Sequence record: DRR723986_5582
Direction: 5' to 3' (one strand)
DNA: 34,087 nucleotides
Shown: positions 27,901-34,087 of the stretch, one piece after another
Position numbering within the stretch: position 1 is the stretch's first letter
How the letters are laid out: every line of letters starts with the position of its first letter
Notes under the pieces: generated by a model
What the model saw: only the letters and a program-made list of their open reading frames with translations
What the model was told of the DNA's origin: nothing
Databases searched by the model: none
Made by a program: the position numbers and the translations under genes

Positions 27901-28980
27901 ATGACCCGCTTGTACAATTTTTGTGCCGGCCCGGCGGCTCTGCCGGAACCTGTTCTGGAGATCGCCCGGGATGACATGCTTGACTGGCATGGCCGCGGCC
28001 TCTCGTTGATGGAGATGAGCCACCGCAGCCCGGAAGTGGTCGGCGTGGCGGAAGCCGCCGAAGCGGCGTTGCGGCGCCTGCTGGGCATTTCCGATGATTA
28101 CGCGGTACTGTTCCTGCAAGGCGGAGCCAGCACGCAGTTTTCCGCGGTGCCGCTGAACCTGGCTGCCGAAGGCGCCCGGGTCGATTACCTCAATACCGGG
28201 CAGTGGTCGAAGAAAGCCATCGCCGAGGGGCGGCGTTACTGTGACGTCAATGTGGTGGCCAGCGCCGAAGACACCAACTTCTCCAGCATTCCCGCTGTCG
28301 ACAGCTGGCAGCTGAGCACGGACGCCGCTTACCTGCACTACACACCCAATGAAACCATAGGCGGCGTCGAGTTTTTCTGGACCCCGGACGTTGAGGTGCC
28401 GCTGGTAGCGGATATGTCCTCGACCATCCTGTCGCGGCCCCTGCGGGTGGATGACTTCGGGGTGATCTATGCCGGCGCGCAGAAAAACATCGGCCCGGCG
28501 GGCCTGACCCTGGTGATCGTGCGGCGCGAGCTGCTGGGCCGGGCCGTCCCCCAGTGCCCGGCGATGCTGAACTGGCAGACTGCGGCGGAGAACGACTCGA
28601 TGTACAACACGCCGCCGACCTTTGCCCTGTATCTGGCGGGCCTGGTGTTCGATTGGCTTGAGCAGCAAGGTGGCCTGGCAGCCATGGAAACGCTGAATCG
28701 GCGCAAGGCGGAAAAGCTCTACGCGGCGATCGACGGCAGCAGCTTTTACGCCAACCCGGTGGAGGTGCCGAGTCGCTCGTTGATGAACGTGCCCTTTACC
28801 CTCGCTGACGCGGCCCTGGACAAACAGTTCCTGGCCGAATCCGAGGCGGCCGGCCTGCTCAACCTGAAAGGCCATCGCTCCGTGGGTGGCATGCGGGCCA
28901 GCATCTACAACGCGGTTTCCGAAGCGGCGGTTGATGCTTTGATCGGCTTCATGCAGGATTTCGAACAACGTAATGGATAA
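27901..28980 (+). CDS. serC: Phosphoserine aminotransferase
   Basis: NFCAGPAALP, EMSHRS, GAQKNIGP (PLP lysine), YNTPP and GHRSVGGMRASIYNA. Confidence 0.97.
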   Translation: MTRLYNFCAGPAALPEPVLEIARDDMLDWHGRGLSLMEMSHRSPEVVGVAEAAEAALRRLLGISDDYAVLFLQGGASTQFSAVPLNLAAEGARVDYLNTGQWSKKAIAEGRRYCDVNVVASAEDTNFSSIPAVDSWQLSTDAAYLHYTPNETIGGVEFFWTPDVEVPLVADMSSTILSRPLRVDDFGVIYAGAQKNIGPAGLTLVIVRRELLGRAVPQCPAMLNWQTAAENDSMYNTPPTFALYLAGLVFDWLEQQGGLAAMETLNRRKAEKLYAAIDGSSFYANPVEVPSRSLMNVPFTLADAALDKQFLAESEAAGLLNLKGHRSVGGMRASIYNAVSEAAVDALIGFMQDFEQRNG

Positions 28981-28995
28981 ATCGGCCCGCTAGCT

Positions 28996-30117
28996 ATGGC
29001 AGACGAACGCAATCTTGAGCAGGTCAGGGCGGATATTGATGCCATTGACTCGCAGATCCAGGCGCTGATCAAGCGGCGGGCAGAGTGTGCCCAGCGGGTG
29101 GCCGAAATCAAGCTGGCCGAGATGCTGGCGGCCCGGGAGCGTGGCGAGACCGAGGCCGGGGAGGTTGTCTACTACCGGCCGGAACGCGAGGCCCAGGTGC
29201 TGCGTGCGATTATGGCGCGCAATGAAGGTCCGCTGGCGAATGGCACGGTGGCCCACATATTCCGCGAAATCATGTCGGCCTGCCTGGCCCTGGAGCGGCC
29301 GCTGCAAGTGGCCTACCTCGGGCCCGAAGGTACCTTCACCCAGGCCGCTGCCATCAAGCATTTCGGCCACGCCGCGGTGTGTGTACCCCAGGGCACGATC
29401 GATGCGGTGTTTGGCCAGGTGGAGTCCGGCGAATGCAACTACGGGGTGGTCCCGGTGGAGAACTCCACCGAGGGCATGGTGAGCCACACCCTGGATAACT
29501 TCATGGACTCCTCGCTGAAGATATCCGGCGAAGTCGAAATGCCGATTTATCACCACCTGCTGGTCGCTCCCGGTAGCCGGGAGGCGGACATTACCCGTAT
29601 CTGCGCTCATCAGCAGGCGCTTGCCCAATGCCGCAACTGGCTCGACAAGCACTGGCCCAATGTGGAGCGCGAAGCGGTGTCCAGTAATGGTGAGGCTGCC
29701 CGGATCGCGGCGTCGACGCCGGGGGTGGCCGCAGTGGCGGGAGATATGGCCGCAGAGCAGTACAAACTGGAGAAACTGGCCGAGCATATTGAGGACTATG
29801 CGGATAACACCACGCGTTTCCTTATCGTCGGGCGGGATGAAGTACCCCCCAGCGGTCGCGACAAGACCTCGATTATCGTCTCCAGTCGCAACAAGCCCGG
29901 CGCCCTGTTCGCCTTGCTGGACCCGTTCCGCCGTGGCGGGGTGAGCCTCACCCGTATCGACACGCGGCCGTCGCGTACTGAGAAGTGGGCCTATGTGTTC
30001 TTTATCGAATTCGAGGGCCATGTCCAGGACGCCAATATCGCGAAAATTCTCGGGGAGCTGGAAGAGCAGTCAATCTTGCTGAAGCCCCTCGGTTCCTATC
30101 CGCTGGCGGTGATGTAG
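28996..30117 (+). CDS. pheA: Chorismate mutase / prephenate dehydratase (P-protein)
   Basis: N-terminal AroQ domain (RADIDAID, RPERE), YLGPEGTF, PVENSTEG, NTTRF and ACT domain. Confidence 0.95.
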   Translation: MADERNLEQVRADIDAIDSQIQALIKRRAECAQRVAEIKLAEMLAARERGETEAGEVVYYRPEREAQVLRAIMARNEGPLANGTVAHIFREIMSACLALERPLQVAYLGPEGTFTQAAAIKHFGHAAVCVPQGTIDAVFGQVESGECNYGVVPVENSTEGMVSHTLDNFMDSSLKISGEVEMPIYHHLLVAPGSREADITRICAHQQALAQCRNWLDKHWPNVEREAVSSNGEAARIAASTPGVAAVAGDMAAEQYKLEKLAEHIEDYADNTTRFLIVGRDEVPPSGRDKTSIIVSSRNKPGALFALLDPFRRGGVSLTRIDTRPSRTEKWAYVFFIEFEGHVQDANIAKILGELEEQSILLKPLGSYPLAVM

Positions 30118-30127
30118 GCCCTGCGGG

Positions 30128-31033
30128 ATGAGCTATCGCACCGACACGGTGGTTATTCTGGGGCTGGGCCTGATCGGGGGGTCGCTCGCCCGGGCCCTGC
30201 GCGAAACCGGCTTCAGCTCGCGATTCATTGGTTATGGCCAGCGTCTGCCCAGTCTCGAGCGTGGGGTAGAGCTGGGGGTGATAGACGAGTACACCCTTGA
30301 CCTGTCCGAGGCCATCGACCGGGCTGACATCCTGGTCATTGCCGCCCCGACCCTGGTCGCTGAGGAACTGCTCGAGGAAATTCTCGCCCGGCTCGGGGGG
30401 CGCGCCGAGCAGCCCCTGATTACCGACGTTGCCAGCGTCAAGGGCAACCTGTACCGACGGGCGGTGGCCGCCCATGGCACGATGCCGGCCAGCCTGGTGC
30501 TGGGTCACCCCATCGCCGGCTCGGAACGCTCGGGCGTGGCTGCCTCCGATGCCCGCTTGTTTCACCGGCACCGGGTGATCCTGACACCGGATCCCGCCAA
30601 TGACCCGGAGGCGGTCGCGACCATCCGCCGGATGTGGGAGGCGACAGGAGCCGAGGTGGTATCCATGGACGTGGAGCAGCACGACCGGGTGCTCGCGGCG
30701 ACCAGTCACCTGCCGCACGCCCTGGCCTATGCCCTGGTAGACGCCCTGGCCCAGTCCGATGCCAGTGAAGATATTTTTCGGTTCGCCGCCGGCGGATTCA
30801 GGGACTTCACCCGTATCGCTTCCAGCGACCCGGTGATGTGGAAAGACATTGCCCTGGCCAACCGGGAGGCCCTGTTGTCCGCGATCGATGAGTTCAGTAC
30901 CCACCTGGACCAGCTGCGCGGGCTCATCGCCGACGGCGATGCGGATGGCCTGCTGCAAACCTTTAGCCGTGCCAAGCGCGCACGGGATGAATTCGCCGCG
31001 ATCCTGGCTGCGCGCCAGGCCGCCAAACCCTGA
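30128..31033 (+). CDS. tyrA: Prephenate/arogenate (cyclohexadienyl) dehydrogenase
   Basis: GLGLIGGS, TDVASVK, GHPIAGSE, HD...A.TSHLPH and GGFRDFTRIASSDP. Confidence 0.93.
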   Translation: MSYRTDTVVILGLGLIGGSLARALRETGFSSRFIGYGQRLPSLERGVELGVIDEYTLDLSEAIDRADILVIAAPTLVAEELLEEILARLGGRAEQPLITDVASVKGNLYRRAVAAHGTMPASLVLGHPIAGSERSGVAASDARLFHRHRVILTPDPANDPEAVATIRRMWEATGAEVVSMDVEQHDRVLAATSHLPHALAYALVDALAQSDASEDIFRFAAGGFRDFTRIASSDPVMWKDIALANREALLSAIDEFSTHLDQLRGLIADGDADGLLQTFSRAKRARDEFAAILAARQAAKP

Positions 31034-31047
31034 CTGAGGCGCAGAGC

Positions 31048-32352
31048 ATGGAATTCAAACTGATGCCAGGCGGCGCGGTCACCGGTGAGGCCCGGGTCCC
31101 CGGTGACAAGTCCATCTCGCACCGTTCCATCATGCTCGGGGCCCTGGCTGAGGGCGTCACCGAAATCAGTGGCTTCCTCGAGGGTGAGGATGCACTGGCC
31201 ACGGTGGCGGCTTTCCGCGCGCTGGGTGTCGAGATCCAGGGCCCTGACGACGGCCGGGTGACCATTCACGGCGTTGGCCTGCACGGGCTCCAGCCCCCGC
31301 AGACGGCGCTGGATATGGGTAATTCCGGGACCAGTATGCGCCTGCTCGCCGGGCTGCTGGCTGGCCAGCCCTTCGCCTCGGAGCTGACCGGCGATGTGTC
31401 ATTGCTGGGGCGGCCCATGGCCCGGGTTATTGATCCGCTGACCTTGATGGGCGCCAGAATAGGCAGCGCCGAGCAAGGCCGGCCGCCCTTGCAGATTGCA
31501 GGTGGCAGCAGCTTGCACGGTATCCATTACGACCTGCCGATGGCGAGTGCCCAGGTCAAGTCCTGTATTCTGCTGGCAGGGATGTTCGCCGAGGGGCGAA
31601 CGTCGGTAACCGAGCCGGCTCCCACCCGCGATCACACCGAGCGTATGCTGCGTGGCTTTGGCTACGATGTGGTCACCGGGGACGGGGTGATTGCGCTCGA
31701 CGGCGGTGGTCGCCTGCAGGCCTGCCGTATCGAGGTGCCCGCCGATATTTCCTCGGCGGCCTTTTTCCTGGTGGCCGCGAGTATCAGCCCTGGGTCAGAC
31801 CTGTTGCTTACCCACGTGGGCATCAACCCGACCCGGATCGGGGTGCTGAATATTCTCCGGCTGATGGGCGCGGACATCACGCTCAGGAACGAGCGCGAGG
31901 TGGGCGGTGAACCGGTTGCCGATATCCGGGTGCGCTACGCCCCGTTGCACGGTATCGATATCCCCGAAGACCAGGTGCCGCTGGCAATCGATGAGTTTCC
32001 GGCACTGTTCATCGCCGCTGCCTGCGCCGAGGGAACCACCACGCTGCGTGGTGCCGAGGAACTGCGGGTCAAGGAAAGCGACCGTATCGCCAGCATGGCG
32101 GAAGGCCTCAGCACACTGGGCATTCACAACGAAGTGCTGGACGACGGCATCGTGATTGAGGGTGGTAGCCTGGGAGGCGGTGTTATTCGCACCTTCCACG
32201 ACCACCGCATCGCCATGGCTTTCAGTATTGCCGCCCTGCGGGCAGATGCAGAGATCCGGGTGCTCGACTGCGACCACGTGGCGACTTCCTTTCCCGGCTT
32301 CGACGCCCTGGCTCGCGGCCTCGGCCTGCAGATATCAACTCTCAACGACTGA
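31048..32352 (+). CDS. aroA: 3-phosphoshikimate 1-carboxyvinyltransferase (class II EPSP synthase)
   Basis: PGDKSISHR, GNSGTSMRL, SAQVKS, RDHTE, ELRVKESDR and DHRIAM. Confidence 0.97.
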   Translation: MEFKLMPGGAVTGEARVPGDKSISHRSIMLGALAEGVTEISGFLEGEDALATVAAFRALGVEIQGPDDGRVTIHGVGLHGLQPPQTALDMGNSGTSMRLLAGLLAGQPFASELTGDVSLLGRPMARVIDPLTLMGARIGSAEQGRPPLQIAGGSSLHGIHYDLPMASAQVKSCILLAGMFAEGRTSVTEPAPTRDHTERMLRGFGYDVVTGDGVIALDGGGRLQACRIEVPADISSAAFFLVAASISPGSDLLLTHVGINPTRIGVLNILRLMGADITLRNEREVGGEPVADIRVRYAPLHGIDIPEDQVPLAIDEFPALFIAAACAEGTTTLRGAEELRVKESDRIASMAEGLSTLGIHNEVLDDGIVIEGGSLGGGVIRTFHDHRIAMAFSIAALRADAEIRVLDCDHVATSFPGFDALARGLGLQISTLND

Positions 32353-32354
32353 CC

Positions 32355-33038
32355 ATGAGTACCCTGGCCCCGGTGATTACCGTGGACGGCCCCAGCGGGG
32401 CCGGCAAGGGCACGATCAGCCATATGCTGGCTGATGCGCTCGGCTGGCACCTGCTGGACAGCGGGGCCCTGTACCGGGTGACCGGCCAGGCTTGCCTGAT
32501 AGACGGGGTGAGCTGGGAGGATCATCCGGCGGTGACCGAGATCGCCAGGCATCTGGATGTCGCTTTCCGCAGTGCGCCGAACGGCGAGGTGCTGGTGACT
32601 TACCGTGGGCAGGATGTGAGTCGCGCAATTCGCACCGAGGAGGGCGGACGTGGTGCGTCCACCGTGGCGGCGATTCCCAGCGTGCGTGAGGCCCTGCTGT
32701 CACGGCAACGCGAATTCCGTCAACTGCCCGGGCTGGTGGCGGACGGGCGCGACATGGGCACCGTGGTTTTTCCCGATGCGCCGCTCAAGTTTTTCCTCAC
32801 CGCGAGCGCCGCGGAGCGCGCCGCCAGGCGCTATAAGCAGTTGATGGCAAAGGGGGAAAGTGTTAGTCTCCCGCGCCTTCTCGAGGACATCGAGGAGCGA
32901 GATGCGCGCGATAGTAACCGCGCCGTGTCGCCTCTTGTCCCCGCGGAGGACGCCATCGTCGTCGACAGCACCGCCACCCCGATCGCAGATGTGTTCGCCA
33001 GGGTGATGCACGAAGTGAGTGCAAGAGGCCTGAAATAG
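32355..33038 (+). CDS. cmk: Cytidylate kinase
   Basis: DGPSGAGKGT, DSGALYR and DGRDMGTVVFP. Confidence 0.97.
   Translation: MSTLAPVITVDGPSGAGKGTISHMLADALGWHLLDSGALYRVTGQACLIDGVSWEDHPAVTEIARHLDVAFRSAPNGEVLVTYRGQDVSRAIRTEEGGRGASTVAAIPSVREALLSRQREFRQLPGLVADGRDMGTVVFPDAPLKFFLTASAAERAARRYKQLMAKGESVSLPRLLEDIEERDARDSNRAVSPLVPAEDAIVVDSTATPIADVFARVMHEVSARGLK
32841..32869 (+). promoter_or_regulatory. Putative rpsA promoter inside cmk
   Basis: TTGATG-N17-TAGTCT with extended -10 TGn, in the 3' part of cmk where E. coli has an internal rpsA promoter. Confidence 0.6.
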
Positions 33039-33077
33039 CCCCTATATTCGCTTAAATTCGTCGAAATGGCATAAATC

Positions 33078-33197
33078 GACCATCTTGTCGCATGGATCCA
33101 GCAGCTGCGTCATGGGTGGTCAGGATGAACAGACCCGGTCGTGCTGGACGCCCGGCGACGTAGGCAGCAATGCCCAACTATTAACAGGTAATGTGTA
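33078..33197 (+). promoter_or_regulatory. Structured rpsA 5' leader
   Basis: Hairpin 33078-33121 (GACCA/TGGTC base, GGA in loop), hairpin 33138-33159, then an AU-rich stretch and a short AGGT SD before the ATG. Confidence 0.5.
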
Positions 33198-34087
33198 ATG
33201 AGCGAATCCTTCGCTGAGCTATTTGAAGAAAGTCTGAAAACCGTCGATATGGAGCCTGGTTCGATTGTGACCGGCGTGGTTATCGACATCGATAACGAGT
33301 GGGTGACCGTCCACGCGGGCCTTAAGTCCGAAGGCGTCATTCCTCGTGCCCAGTTCACTGATGCAGCAGGTGAGTGCACCCTCAACATCGGTGACGAAGT
33401 ACAGGTAGCCCTGGAAACCGTCGAAGACGGATTCGGCGAGACCAAACTGTCCCGCGAAAAGGCCAAGCGTGCCGAAGCCTGGAAAGACCTGGAAGCTGCA
33501 CATGCGGCGGACGAGATGGTCACCGGCGTTATCAATGGCAAGGTCAAGGGCGGCTTCACGGTCGACATCAACACCATTCGCGCGTTCCTGCCAGGTTCCC
33601 TGGTCGATGTACGCCCGGTGCGTGAGACGACCCACCTGGAAGGCAAGGAACTCGAATTCAAGGTCATCAAGCTGGACCAGAAGCGCAACAACGTCGTTGT
33701 GTCGCGCCGCGCGGTGATGGAAGAGGCGAACAGCGTCGAGCGCGATGCGCTGCTGGAAAGCCTGCAGGAAGGCATGTCCGTCAAGGGCATCGTCAAGAAC
33801 CTGACCGACTACGGCGCCTTTGTTGACCTGGGCGGCGTGGATGGCCTGCTGCACATTACCGATATGGCGTGGAAGCGCATCAAGCACCCGTCAGAGATTG
33901 TTGAAGTCGGTCAGGAAATCGACGTCAAGATTCTCAAGTTCGACCGTGAGCGCAACCGCGTCTCCCTGGGCCTCAAGCAACTTGGCGAGGATCCCTGGGT
34001 CGAGATCACCGGGCGCTACCCGGAAGGCAGCCGGGTCAAGGCACGCATTACCAACCTTACCGACTACGGCTGCTTTGCCGAGCTGGA
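33198..34087 (+). CDS. rpsA: 30S ribosomal protein S1 (5' part; runs off the right edge)
   Basis: Not in the ORF track. Manual translation: [45 protein letters not shown] and [25 protein letters not shown]. Confidence 0.98.
   Translation, partial: MSESFAELFEESLKTVDMEPGSIVTGVVIDIDNEWVTVHAGLKSEGVIPRAQFTDAAGECTLNIGDEVQVALETVEDGFGETKLSREKAKRAEAWKDLEAAHAADEMVTGVINGKVKGGFTVDINTIRAFLPGSLVDVRPVRETTHLEGKELEFKVIKLDQKRNNVVVSRRAVMEEANSVERDALLESLQEGMSVKGIVKNLTDYGAFVDLGGVDGLLHITDMAWKRIKHPSEIVEVGQEIDVKILKFDRERNRVSLGLKQLGEDPWVEITGRYPEGSRVKARITNLTDYGCFAEL

Noticed and set aside
25200-28968. Long minus-strand ORFs of 383, 506 and 453 aa
   Set aside because: Antisense shadows of gyrA and serC.
33191-33217. 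Out-of-frame 8-codon ORF (MCNERILR) overlapping the rpsA start
   Set aside because: Its ATG is only 1 nt from the SD-like AGGT; no support for translation.

Overview
GC-rich gammaproteobacterial chromosome segment; the gene content and order suggest a Halieaceae/Cellvibrionales- or Pseudomonadales-like organism (inference). The right two thirds are conserved core genes: ppiA-pdxJ, the yciI-yciB-yciV-yciO-scpA-scpB-rluB block, yciK-mupP-ubiG-mtaD, gyrA and the serC-pheA-tyrA-aroA-cmk-rpsA supraoperon. The left ~10 kb holds the most interesting locus: a two-cysteine BigR/SqrR-type (persulfide-sensing) ArsR repressor heading an operon with a DUF2892/YgaP-like membrane protein, an atypical RND permease and its periplasmic adaptor. 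It is divergent from a single-domain rhodanese across a tandem AT-rich palindromic operator, with an SseA-type sulfurtransferase nearby. Together this is a candidate RND-based reactive-sulfur export/detoxification system. A yciI gene missing from the ORF track has an in-frame TAA at codon 2. No tRNA, rRNA, CRISPR array, transposase, integrase or prophage was seen. All calls come from reading motifs by eye; no searches were run.
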